Assembly: GCA_964450845.1 (NCBI GenBank) | Contig: CAYVGZ010000025.1 | Span: 1 to 18,509 of the forward strand | Direction: 5' to 3' | DNA: 18,509 bases | From: an uncultured Candidatus Bathyarchaeia archaeon | GTDB taxonomy: Archaea > Thermoproteota > Bathyarchaeia > Bathyarchaeales > Bathycorpusculaceae | Shown: positions 1 to 8,488 of the stretch, in pieces | How the letters are laid out: every line of letters starts with the position of its first letter | Position numbering within the stretch: position 1 is the first letter of the stretch | Notes under the pieces: model-generated | The model's database searches: none | Seen by the model: the letters and a program-made list of their open reading frames with translations, nothing else | What the model was told of the DNA's origin: nothing | Program-made: the position numbers and the translations under genes

Positions 1-64
1 ATATTCCATTGCATAACAGTTTAAATTTTGGCTTGCAGTTTTTGCTATTATTGGTGGTTGCGTC

Positions 65-358
65 TTGCAAGTTTCGGTGCGCTTTTTTACAAGTCTAAGA
101 GAGCTAACTGGCAAAAGGGAGGAAACCCTAAAGTTTCGATATAGTAAAGCAGTGACGGTGAATGAGGTTCTAAAAAGATTAGGTGAGCGTTACGGAAAAA
201 GCTTCGTTGAATATGTTTATGACAGCAAGACAGGGGAGGTTAAGGGTTTCCTGCAGTTTCTCGTTAATGGGAGAAGCGCATCCACGCTTAACGGTTTAGA
301 TACAAAACTTGCGGACGGCGACGTTTTAGCTATAATACCGCCTGTTGGCGGCGGCTAA
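65..358 (+). CDS. MoaD/ThiS-family ubiquitin-like small archaeal modifier / sulfur carrier (SAMP1-like)
   Basis: 97 aa, TTG start; N-terminal VSVRFFTSLRELTGK, internal FLVNGR and C-terminal LADGDVLAIIPPVGGG with a free di-glycine end, typical of beta-grasp MoaD/SAMP proteins. TATA-like TTTAAAT at 20-26. Confidence 0.9.
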   Translation: MQVSVRFFTSLRELTGKREETLKFRYSKAVTVNEVLKRLGERYGKSFVEYVYDSKTGEVKGFLQFLVNGRSASTLNGLDTKLADGDVLAIIPPVGGG

Positions 359-673
359 GCATTACTATTTTGGTTATCTACTCCTAGTCTTATCCATGCT
401 ATGTAATGAGTAATTTACCAGCAACAAGCAAAAAAAGCGTTAGAATGTCAAAAAAACAGCACAAAAACACCTAAAAACACAAAAATAGGAAACATTCATC
501 TACTTTCTTAATTAAGAGCTAATTTACTGCTCTACTTGTTTTTGTAGGGTTCATTTTCTAATAGTCAAGTTTTCATATTTAGAGGCTATCAGAAATTTAT
601 TACAGAAACCTAGAGGGGATATACAATTTAGGTTGTGTGACAAGCCTTAAAATTGATGTCTAGTTTTGTGCTG

Positions 674-2455
674 TTATGCTGCCCAGAATGGTTTTTTCTT
701 CCTCATTATGTTTGTGTACTCGTTTAGTGCCTCTTGTTCTTCACTTGTTAACCTGTCCATAAACGTTGTTAGCAACATTTTTGCGTGTAGTTCTGGCACT
801 TTCACGTATAAGGTGTCTTTTTCGAATATGTGTCTTCCAACCATCGGCTTGTCCATGGAAATCGCAACTTGCATTCCTTTTCCAGCTTCTGATAAGGCTT
901 TGCCTTTCTCTTGGATTTGCTGTATTTCGCCTATTTCTTCGCCATCCTCAGCTCTCACAAGAATGCTTTTCGGCTTTATATTTCCCGCCAATATTTCTAC
1001 GCCAACTATTGCTGGCTTTGCCCTTCGGAAAACATAACCTTCCAATATGCGGATTTTTGCAGGTTTAACCAGATTGTCAAATTCATGCTCAAACTTTGCT
1101 TCTCGTTTACTTTTAAGCCAAGACAAGTAATTATCTATTAGATGGTAAATTATTTTTTCCTTAAAGATCTGAACATCCTTAATTGAGGCTTCTTCTTCTG
1201 CGTCTGGCAGAATTTTAACGTTGAATGCTAAAATAGCGCCATATAAGGGCTCATGTTCCTTTACAACCGAAGCCTCTGTAACATCCCGCTTTGAAATGTC
1301 TCCTACGTCTGCCAGCCGAATGGGCACACCATTGCCTTTTAGGTTTTCGGCAATAGCCTCCAAAGAACCAAGCGTATCAGCCTTCAAAACAATCCCCTCC
1401 ACATCCGTCGCAATTCTAATTTTCTCAATCTCCTCAGAAACAAGCCTCACATACTTTTCTGGCTTTTCGCCCTCAGCAACAGCGTATAAAGGAGCTCCAG
1501 CCAAGGCTCCTTCCAAATCTGGCGAAACAATCTTCACCCCAGCTGCTGCAGACACAGAATCCACAGAGGAAAACTTGTCTCTTGGATCCCTAATCTCGTC
1601 TAACGGTTTAGGAACCAAAATCGCCCTTATCCGCGTTACAATAGGCTTTTCCTTCCCGCCCACAACTATTAAATCATTCTTCTGCAAAATTCCATCATAA
1701 ATTATGGTGTTCAATGTCAAACCTAAACCAGGCTCTTCCTTAACCTCCAAAACAGTGCCCTTCGCAGGTCCTTCAGTTGTCTGCAACCGCTTCTTCAAAT
1801 GCTGCTGTGCTAAACCAATAAGAACCATCAGAAGCTCAGTTATGCCCTCTCCAGTCTTAGCACTTGTAGGAACTATTGCGACAGTTTTTGTAAAGTCTTT
1901 AATGCGGTCGAAACGATCCGTCTTAAACCCTGACCGTGAAAAAACACCTATAATGTCGTAGAGTTTTGTGTCTAAATCCTCCCGAACGTAAGGATCCTGC
2001 GCTTGATAAGCCCTCAAAAATGGTGTGTCGGGAAAAGATTTCCAGCCTGGTACGCGGTCTATCTTGTTTGCAGCCACAAGAAAAGGTGTTTTACGTGACT
2101 TCAAAATCTCTATGCACTCGTAGGTTTGAGCCTCAAACCCACGCAGAATATCAATCACAAGGATAGCTATGTCAGCGGCGCTGCCGCCTCTTTTACGCAA
2201 GTTCGTAAAAGCCTCATGCCCTGGTGTGTCGATAACGAGCAAGCCTGGAATTTCTATTTCGCTCTTAACCATAGAAAGTAAGGGACCAACCAACTGCTTA
2301 AGTGTGTCAACTGGGAAAAAACTTGCGCCGATGTGTTGCGTGATTCCTCCAGCTTCGCGAGCTTGGACGCTTGTTTTGCGGATTTTGTCCAAAAGTAGAG
2401 TCTTGCCAGTATCTACATGGCCAAGTACGCAGACGATTGGTTGGCGAATGGGCAT
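674..2455 (-). CDS. infB: Translation initiation factor aIF5B (IF-2)
   Basis: 593 aa; IRQPIVCVLGHVDTGKT (G1), GGITQHIGA, IDTPGHEAFTNLRKRGGS (G3), ANKID (G4), C-terminal beta-barrel with FRRAKPAIVGVEIL. Normal length, no intein. AGGAGA SD upstream. Confidence 0.98.
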   Translation of the reverse strand: MPIRQPIVCVLGHVDTGKTLLLDKIRKTSVQAREAGGITQHIGASFFPVDTLKQLVGPLLSMVKSEIEIPGLLVIDTPGHEAFTNLRKRGGSAADIAILVIDILRGFEAQTYECIEILKSRKTPFLVAANKIDRVPGWKSFPDTPFLRAYQAQDPYVREDLDTKLYDIIGVFSRSGFKTDRFDRIKDFTKTVAIVPTSAKTGEGITELLMVLIGLAQQHLKKRLQTTEGPAKGTVLEVKEEPGLGLTLNTIIYDGILQKNDLIVVGGKEKPIVTRIRAILVPKPLDEIRDPRDKFSSVDSVSAAAGVKIVSPDLEGALAGAPLYAVAEGEKPEKYVRLVSEEIEKIRIATDVEGIVLKADTLGSLEAIAENLKGNGVPIRLADVGDISKRDVTEASVVKEHEPLYGAILAFNVKILPDAEEEASIKDVQIFKEKIIYHLIDNYLSWLKSKREAKFEHEFDNLVKPAKIRILEGYVFRRAKPAIVGVEILAGNIKPKSILVRAEDGEEIGEIQQIQEKGKALSEAGKGMQVAISMDKPMVGRHIFEKDTLYVKVPELHAKMLLTTFMDRLTSEEQEALNEYTNIMRKKKPFWAA

Positions 2456-2593
2456 TTTGCAACATCTCCTTGGATTTGCTTAAACAACCAGTTATTCAAT
2501 GGCGCACTTCAAAATTAATAAACTATTGCCCTAATAAACACTCAGCCTTTTTATTCACAACACATTTAAATGCGCTGCAGAATTCTTTTAGAA

Positions 2594-2926
2594 ATGGTGA
2601 AAAAGCTTTTGCCTTATTGTTTGAAATGTGGAGCAAAATTGAAGGAAGAAGATAAATTCTGTTACGCTTGTGGCACTCCAGTTGCCAAAGTTGTTAGAGA
2701 GGAGTTTGCTGTTTCTGCTGATAACCTTATTGAAAAGGTTAAGGAGTTGCTTCATGAAGGAAACGTGACGAGGATTATTGTTAAGGATGAGAAGGAAAAG
2801 GTTTTGCTCGAGATACCTGCTACTGTTGGCGTTATTGGTGCGGTTCTTGTTCCTTGGCTTGCGGCTTTAGGTGTTATAGCTGCTTTGGTTACGAATTGCA
2901 GAATTGTTGTTGAAAGAAGAGAGTAG
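2594..2926 (+). CDS. Zinc-ribbon plus DUF4342-like domain protein
   Basis: CLKC-x10-CYAC zinc ribbon followed by LIEKVKELLHEGNVTRIIVK...LLEIPATVGVIGAVLVPWLAALG...CRIVVER, which matches my recollection of the DUF4342 pattern. Start moved from 2570 to the ATG at 2594 (inferred). Confidence 0.75.
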   Translation: MVKKLLPYCLKCGAKLKEEDKFCYACGTPVAKVVREEFAVSADNLIEKVKELLHEGNVTRIIVKDEKEKVLLEIPATVGVIGAVLVPWLAALGVIAALVTNCRIVVERRE

Positions 2927-2968
2927 GGGGCTGTTGCGTGTGCGTGCGTGCAACGGCTTATAGCCCCT
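2925..2968. terminator. Inverted-repeat hairpin between convergent genes
   Basis: GCTGTTGC (2930-2937) pairs with GCAACGGC (2950-2957) with one G-U pair; outer AGGGG/CCCCT complementarity. Function unproven. Confidence 0.35.
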
Positions 2969-2981
2969 CTATTTGAAGGTA

Positions 2982-3182
2982 TTATTCTGTTTTGGCGATT
3001 AGCAGGAATACTCCTATGGCTAATAGGAATACGCTTAGAAATCCAAAAAATCCTGTAAAACTGCCTAATGCTGAAGTGCTTGTGAACGTGTAATAGGTGA
3101 TCATGGCACCGATAATAATGATTATCAAACCGAAGAATTTTTCAGCAAGCGTTATTCCGAAACCGCCTTCTTCTTCACTCAT
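2982..3182 (-). CDS. Small membrane protein, two predicted TM helices
   Basis: 66 aa with two hydrophobic stretches (FFGLIIIIIGAMITYYTF; FTGFFGFLSVFLLAIGVFLLIA); lies downstream of top6A on the same strand. Confidence 0.75.
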   Translation of the reverse strand: MSEEEGGFGITLAEKFFGLIIIIIGAMITYYTFTSTSALGSFTGFFGFLSVFLLAIGVFLLIAKTE

Positions 3183-3253
3183 ATTCTAGCCCTTCACTTT
3201 TCAATATGCCTTACACCATAGAACATGAACAGTTATTTTAAATTTCCCCCGCT

Positions 3254-4345
3254 TCACTTTGTTTCTTCAAGCTTTGCTGGCAAGTACTCATCCACAATAT
3301 ACGTTAACCCATATCTGCTGAAAGCCTCTTGCTCTGCCTTCTTCTTAATCTTCATAAACGTCTTGATTTCCCTCTGCCACAATGGGTCTTTATAGCGTGG
3401 GTCCCTCTGTAGCTCATTAAGCCTTTTCATGTCCACCTCATCCAACGGGTCCGTCGGCAGTTTGTAATTGACGATGTCTGTTGCCCACACACCGCTCCAC
3501 TTCGCGTCTGGAGTATTCAACTCTCTTAAGTGCGCAGCATTTGCAGAACCAGAAATTATCACCATGGCTATGTGCATTCCCCAGGGGTCACCGTCCGTGA
3601 AAATGTAAACTGGAAGATTTAGCTCTCCGTTCAATCTCCTGATAAAGTGCCTCGTAGCCCTAGGTGCTTGTCCAGCCGTCAAAACAAGTATGGCATTAAA
3701 CTTCTTATGCACATACTCTTCTATAAAACGTGTGAATAAGCCGCCTTTCTCTATTGCTATGACCTTGTCTGCTGTCGTTTTCACAAATTCAGAAGAAGTT
3801 AAAGCTGGTCCGATCAAGACACCGTCAGGATGAGAAGTCAAATTCATTGTTCTTCCCTCATAACCTGGCACCGTATATTCTATCGTTAAGTCGCCGAAAA
3901 CTGCTGAACGCTCTTCTGGAAAAATGTTAAAGTCTTCCCGTGAAAGGCCCAAAACTGTTTCTAAATCCGTTACAATGTTGTTTGATTCCTGCTGGTCTTT
4001 GAAAGTCATTTCGTACGCTTGAGCAGAATAGTAAACATCTCTTAAGGTTGATGTTTTCCGTTGGGAAGTAAGTTCATGAGAAAATTCTGCAGCCCAAGTA
4101 AGCTGTGTGAAAGGCTTCACATGGCGGATGTTGCGGGCGCTTCGACGAACCCTTCTATCGCCCAGAATGAACTGTCTAAGTTGCGGATCATAATGGATGT
4201 TTTCTGTTGATCTGCTGGGCATTTCCACTGATGGGAAATATCCACTATCAAGTTGTTCGTAAATTTTTTCTCCAAGATTTTCTAAACCTGATATAACTTC
4301 TTTCTTTCTTTCGATAATGCTACTTTTATGTTTCTTCTGCACCAA
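3254..4345 (-). CDS. top6A: DNA topoisomerase VI subunit A
   Basis: 363 aa; TLRDVYY catalytic Tyr motif, TOPRIM motifs AIEK, GQAPRATR, FTDGDPWG and KAEQEA. Overlaps the end of top6B by 20 nt. Confidence 0.97.
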   Translation of the reverse strand: MVQKKHKSSIIERKKEVISGLENLGEKIYEQLDSGYFPSVEMPSRSTENIHYDPQLRQFILGDRRVRRSARNIRHVKPFTQLTWAAEFSHELTSQRKTSTLRDVYYSAQAYEMTFKDQQESNNIVTDLETVLGLSREDFNIFPEERSAVFGDLTIEYTVPGYEGRTMNLTSHPDGVLIGPALTSSEFVKTTADKVIAIEKGGLFTRFIEEYVHKKFNAILVLTAGQAPRATRHFIRRLNGELNLPVYIFTDGDPWGMHIAMVIISGSANAAHLRELNTPDAKWSGVWATDIVNYKLPTDPLDEVDMKRLNELQRDPRYKDPLWQREIKTFMKIKKKAEQEAFSRYGLTYIVDEYLPAKLEETK

Positions 4346-5852
4346 ACTTTCTCACACTCTTCAACAGTTTTTCTATATCTGGAAGTTTTTCTTTACCAGC
4401 CAGTTTAGTTGAAAACTGGGCTATTTTCGGCAAATATTTGCTGAATACGCTGAGGCGTTTACGTTCTCTGTCCACATGTTCCCTTCTTGTCAAGAAATGC
4501 TGGAGTTGACGGGCAACTTCCCGCAGCCCATTACCAACTTCTCTCCTAACTTCAGGTCTGTCAGCGATGAACTCCTTTCCTACAGTTTTGTACGGAACTT
4601 TCGTGCTGCAAACATGCACCAAAATTGCAACTGACATCTCTGGCAGGATTTTATATCGTCGCCAATTCATAGAATCTATAACTTTAACCGAAACATCGCT
4701 TGCCTCATCATAAAGCAACGGAATTCTGTTAGCAAAACGGTAAATCAAGAATCTTCCTTGCTTGGGGATTTCTCCTCCATAAGCGATTGCTCCTTCAATG
4801 ATAAAGGGGTGCCCAGCATAGGTTGCTGGTTTGCGCTGATGAACAGCTACAAACTCGGGTTTTAACTCCTTCACTATCCCCGCCTTTAACAGTTCCTCAC
4901 CCAAAGGTGACAAACAGCTTGCGTCTGGCGGCAAGAATTCTCTAAACTTCTTAAGCATATGCATGAGCCTAACAATTTCCTCATGGGAAAGTTTCTTTGG
5001 ATTTTTAGACGGGCTTATGTTGCTGAATTCCAAAAACTTATTTGCACTAGTTTCTCCAACCCTGTGAAAATGACGCCTCAAAAACTCAAGCATGTTCTTA
5101 TGAGGTGTTATCTGTACAAGGCGTTGAAGAAGCTCCACATCCACACCATATGGGTGTGGTCTAGTCTCTTTTGGCGGCTCAGGCATTTCCTTCGTAATTC
5201 TTGTGAATTTATATAGTCTACCTTTAGGGTCAACAAAAGTCAAGTTCGCATAGGGGTTCATCATAGCTGTTTGTTTAAAATATTCTAGAATTTTGGGCAT
5301 TGCCCTAAAGTAGTCGCCTTCCAAGCAGAATTCAACTATTGTTCCCCTCCACTGCTCCTTGTTTATGAGAACTTTTCTGTCAAGTATGAGTGGACGATTT
5401 CTCTGTATGTCAATCATAAGCTTATACATGTAAATTTTTCCGATGCCGGTGCTTGAGAAAATGGAGGCAGGCTGATGCGTCGTAATCTGCCCGTATAGAA
5501 TTGCCATTTTTCCGCCTAGACCAAAGGTTCCCCTCTGCTGCTTCAACTTGTATTTTGAGCCGAAAAGCACTTGTCCAAAAGCTGATGGTATATGCCTTGG
5601 TGGGACTCCTATGCCGTTGTCTTCAACTCTTAATCTGTAAATTTGGGCTTCTTTGCTGGCTTCCCCCTCGTAGGAAAGCCGTACATAAATGTCTGGCGGT
5701 ATTTTGAGGCTTTCAGCAGCATCTAACGAGTTTTCCACAAGCTCCCTTATAGCTGCAAAAATGGCTCTAGATGGACTTGTAAAGCCAGCTATGTCTCTGT
5801 TTCGGTAAAAGAAATCTGAAGCACTTATCTCTTCAAACGTTGTTTGAGCCAC
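4326..5852 (-). CDS. top6B: DNA topoisomerase VI subunit B
   Basis: 508 aa; GHKL ATPase motifs RELVENSLDA, VEDNGIG, FGSKY and RGTFGLG; H2TH domain; transducer RFANRIPLLY. GTG start preceded by GGTGGAGG SD. Confidence 0.97.
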   Translation of the reverse strand: MAQTTFEEISASDFFYRNRDIAGFTSPSRAIFAAIRELVENSLDAAESLKIPPDIYVRLSYEGEASKEAQIYRLRVEDNGIGVPPRHIPSAFGQVLFGSKYKLKQQRGTFGLGGKMAILYGQITTHQPASIFSSTGIGKIYMYKLMIDIQRNRPLILDRKVLINKEQWRGTIVEFCLEGDYFRAMPKILEYFKQTAMMNPYANLTFVDPKGRLYKFTRITKEMPEPPKETRPHPYGVDVELLQRLVQITPHKNMLEFLRRHFHRVGETSANKFLEFSNISPSKNPKKLSHEEIVRLMHMLKKFREFLPPDASCLSPLGEELLKAGIVKELKPEFVAVHQRKPATYAGHPFIIEGAIAYGGEIPKQGRFLIYRFANRIPLLYDEASDVSVKVIDSMNWRRYKILPEMSVAILVHVCSTKVPYKTVGKEFIADRPEVRREVGNGLREVARQLQHFLTRREHVDRERKRLSVFSKYLPKIAQFSTKLAGKEKLPDIEKLLKSVRKFGAEET

Positions 5853-5944
5853 TTTAAGCCTCCACCAGCATCTCCTTAGCAGCCGTTCTTACGGTATACT
5901 CTGCTCATTCTTTAACTTAACCCCATTTTTTGGGTGAAAATTAT

Positions 5945-6388
5945 TCATTTTCTAAAAGGAAACGGCAATAACTCCTCAAGAGTCTTTACCTTAACACTGT
6001 TAAACAAAATTCTGCCATTTTCCACTTTTGCCATGACAACTTTAACTTTGGGGTTTTCCGCAAAATCATAAATGTATTGGAGGCATGCTCCGCACGGTCT
6101 AGGCTCGCTGTGGCTATCTATATCCGTGACTATGGCTATTTCATTAATTTTCCGATTACCATGCAAAACAGCATGATTGATTGCGTTTCTCTCAGCGCAG
6201 ACCCCAAGTCCAGAAATCCAACTCTCAACATTACATCCCTCGTAAATCTGTCCATCCTCTGCAAGCACTGCTGCGCCAACTTCAAAACCCCAAAGCACGT
6301 AAGCATTATCAATAGCCTCCAAAGCAGCTTGCAACAATTTCTTTCTCCTTTCTTCAATTTTAACCATAGTTATCCCTTGCTGATTCAT
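5945..6388 (-). CDS. cdd: Cytidine deaminase (homotetrameric CDA-type)
   Basis: VGAAVL..DG.IY.GCNVE, zinc-binding CAERNAI and PCGACLQ, C-terminal TLEELLPFPF. ATG at 6388 overlaps the ABCE1 stop (ATGA); alternative start at 6367. Confidence 0.9.
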   Translation of the reverse strand: MNQQGITMVKIEERRKKLLQAALEAIDNAYVLWGFEVGAAVLAEDGQIYEGCNVESWISGLGVCAERNAINHAVLHGNRKINEIAIVTDIDSHSEPRPCGACLQYIYDFAENPKVKVVMAKVENGRILFNSVKVKTLEELLPFPFRK

Positions 6389-8172
6389 TTCTGCAGTGAG
6401 CGCACATAATAGTACTCTCCAATTTCTTTCTGGAACTTGTCCAGTTTTGAGTCTTCTTTGTTGACCCTTGGTCTTTTCGTAAGTGGGTCTCTTCGGAAAG
6501 TCACTTCCATCTGTTTAAGAAATATGTTCATTCCTTTTCTCAGGCTCAATGGCGGATTCGCTGTGCCTCTCTCTCCAGGTTCTCCCGTGAAGACTAGTAG
6601 ATGGTCAGCTATAAAGTCCTGCGCAACCACATCGTGTTCAACAACGAAGGCTGCTATGTTGTGGGTTTCAACCACTCTTCGAATGGTCCGCGCCATATTC
6701 AACCGTTCTTCAACATCCAAGTAAGCGCTGGGTTCATCAAGCAGATAAAGGTCAGCTTTACGAGACAAGCAGGCTGCGATGGCGACTTTTTGCAGTTCTC
6801 CACCACTGAGTTCATTCACATTTCTGTCCAAAAGCAGGTTTACCCCTAAAGGCTGGAGAATTTCCGTCTTATACAAGCTTGAAGAAAAGCCCTCTTTTGC
6901 AACGCTCATTAGTAGCTCTTGGACAGTTCCCGCGTACTCTGCCGAAATATATTGAGGCTTGTAGCTTACTTTCGATTCGCTGAACTTTTGCCCGTCATCA
7001 GCCTCTTCAATGCCAGCTAAAATCTTTATGAAAGTTGTTTTGCCTATGCCGTTTGGCCCCAAGATTCCGATGATTTCGCCTCTTTTTATTTCACCTTTAT
7101 GGGCAACAAGTTTGAACCCTTCGTACGTTTTCTCTATTTGCTTCCATTTTAGCAGTGTTTCGCCAGCGCCAAAACTCACTGTAGGTGGCTTTTCATGAAA
7201 TACTATTGCTTCTTTTCTGAATCGAACGTTCTCGTCTGGAATGTAACCTTGTAGGTAAATGTTAATACCAGTTCTAACGCTGTGGACATTGGAGACTATG
7301 CCATAAACACCTGGTTCTCCGTAGAAAATGCAGATTTGGTCAGACAAGTAATCTATTATCGCTAAATCATGTTCAGCTACGATTATTGTTTTTTCTTCGT
7401 TTTTTAGACTTCTTATGGCTTTAGCTACCTCAAGTCTCTGTTTTACATCTAGGTAACTTGACGGTTCGTCGAAAAGATATGCATCAGCCTCACGACATAT
7501 TGTAGCCGCAACTGCCACGCGTTGCAGTTCGCCACCACTCAAAACTTCAAGGGAACGGTTCCATAGTTGTTTAAGTTCAAGCTGTTCAGCAATTTCATCC
7601 AGCTTTTTCCTCTCATCTACCTTTTCCAGCAACTCTCCAACGTTTCCCGACACAACCTTTGGAATTTTATCCACATACTGTGGTTTAACTGAAACTCGAA
7701 GTTTTCCATAAGCCATGTTTTGGAAATAGTCCTGTAGCGTTGAGCCTCTAAAATGCTTAACTATCTGGTCCCAATCAGGTGGTTCCTCATAGTTTCCAAG
7801 GTTTAACTTAACTTCACCAGAAAGTATTTTGAGCGTTGTTGTTTTGCCTATTCCATTCTGTCCAAGCAAGCCTAAAACCATTCCCGGAGAAGGTGTTGGA
7901 AGTCGATAAAGCTTGAAAGTGTTCTCTCCAAAACGGTGGCTGCAATCTTTCTCCAACTCGTCTGGAAGATTAACTATTGAAATGGCTTTAAACGGACATT
8001 TCTTTACGCATATTCCACATCCCGTGCAAAGGGATTCCACAATGACTGGTTTGTCATTCTCGAACCGTATGGCTTCTATGCGGCTTCGCACTATCGGGCA
8101 AAAACGATAGCACAATCTATTGCAACGTTTTGATTTGCATTTATCAGCATCTAACACAGCAACTCTTGTCAT
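6385..8172 (-). CDS. rli: Ribosome recycling ATPase ABCE1 / RNase L inhibitor homolog
   Basis: 595 aa; N-terminal 2x[4Fe-4S] Cys pattern (C..KC....C...CP; CTGCGICVKKCP), two NBDs (GQNGIGKTT, LSGGELQ, FDEPSSYLD; GPNGIGKTT, LSGGELQ, LDEPSAYLD) and hinge RPRVNK. Confidence 0.98.
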   Translation of the reverse strand: MTRVAVLDADKCKSKRCNRLCYRFCPIVRSRIEAIRFENDKPVIVESLCTGCGICVKKCPFKAISIVNLPDELEKDCSHRFGENTFKLYRLPTPSPGMVLGLLGQNGIGKTTTLKILSGEVKLNLGNYEEPPDWDQIVKHFRGSTLQDYFQNMAYGKLRVSVKPQYVDKIPKVVSGNVGELLEKVDERKKLDEIAEQLELKQLWNRSLEVLSGGELQRVAVAATICREADAYLFDEPSSYLDVKQRLEVAKAIRSLKNEEKTIIVAEHDLAIIDYLSDQICIFYGEPGVYGIVSNVHSVRTGINIYLQGYIPDENVRFRKEAIVFHEKPPTVSFGAGETLLKWKQIEKTYEGFKLVAHKGEIKRGEIIGILGPNGIGKTTFIKILAGIEEADDGQKFSESKVSYKPQYISAEYAGTVQELLMSVAKEGFSSSLYKTEILQPLGVNLLLDRNVNELSGGELQKVAIAACLSRKADLYLLDEPSAYLDVEERLNMARTIRRVVETHNIAAFVVEHDVVAQDFIADHLLVFTGEPGERGTANPPLSLRKGMNIFLKQMEVTFRRDPLTKRPRVNKEDSKLDKFQKEIGEYYYVRSLQK

Positions 8173-8207
8173 GACTAGTCCAATAATGAGAGGTCATAAC
8201 TAGTGGG

Positions 8208-8214
8208 TTATAAA
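8208..8214 (-). promoter_or_regulatory. Putative TATA box of the ABCE1-cdd unit
   Basis: TTTATAA on the minus strand about 36 nt upstream of the ABCE1 ATG. Confidence 0.5.
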
Positions 8215-8299
8215 TATGCGGTTTGAAAAAGGCGCAAATGTTGTTCGAAATGTTTTATGTATAGAAAAATGAAAAAAATTTTGTGAGGTACTTAAACTT

Positions 8300-8362
8300 T
8301 TACCATTCTTCTTCTTCCCATTCTTCTTCCTCTTCTTCTTCCCATTCCTCTTCCTCAGGCAT
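8300..8362 (-). CDS. 20-aa acidic Glu/Trp micropeptide MPEEEEWEEEEEEEWEEEEW
   Basis: ATG at 8362 to TAA at 8300; perfect GGAGGTGA SD (8369-8376) 6 nt upstream; mixed GAA/GAG codons; TATA-like TTTAAA at 8416-8421; oligo-T tracts downstream on the coding strand (8265-8278). Confidence 0.75.
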   Translation of the reverse strand: MPEEEEWEEEEEEEWEEEEW

Positions 8363-8368
8363 CTTTCT

Positions 8369-8421
8369 TCACCTCCCACCTGTTCTAGTGCTTACTGAAA
8401 GCAACCAAGCGATGCTTTAAA
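8369..8421 (-). promoter_or_regulatory. Promoter and Shine-Dalgarno of the micropeptide gene
   Basis: The minus strand reads ATAAAAATG-TTTAAAG (BRE-like plus TATA), then about 40 nt, then GGAGGTGA-N6-ATG. Confidence 0.6.
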
Positions 8422-8488
8422 CATTTTTATTCGTCAGTTGTCGAGAAAAAAATCAAGACGCAGAGGTGTCAATGTCTTTTCAGAGACG

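Noticed and set aside
666-2655. Multiple + strand ORFs antisense to infB (e.g. 666-1037, 1221-1700, 2169-2483)
   Set aside because: Shadow ORFs of a highly conserved gene, with no recognisable motifs.
8303-8356. (TTC)n tract as a simple microsatellite
   Set aside because: Better explained as the coding sequence of the Glu/Trp micropeptide (frame kept, synonymous variation, SD present).
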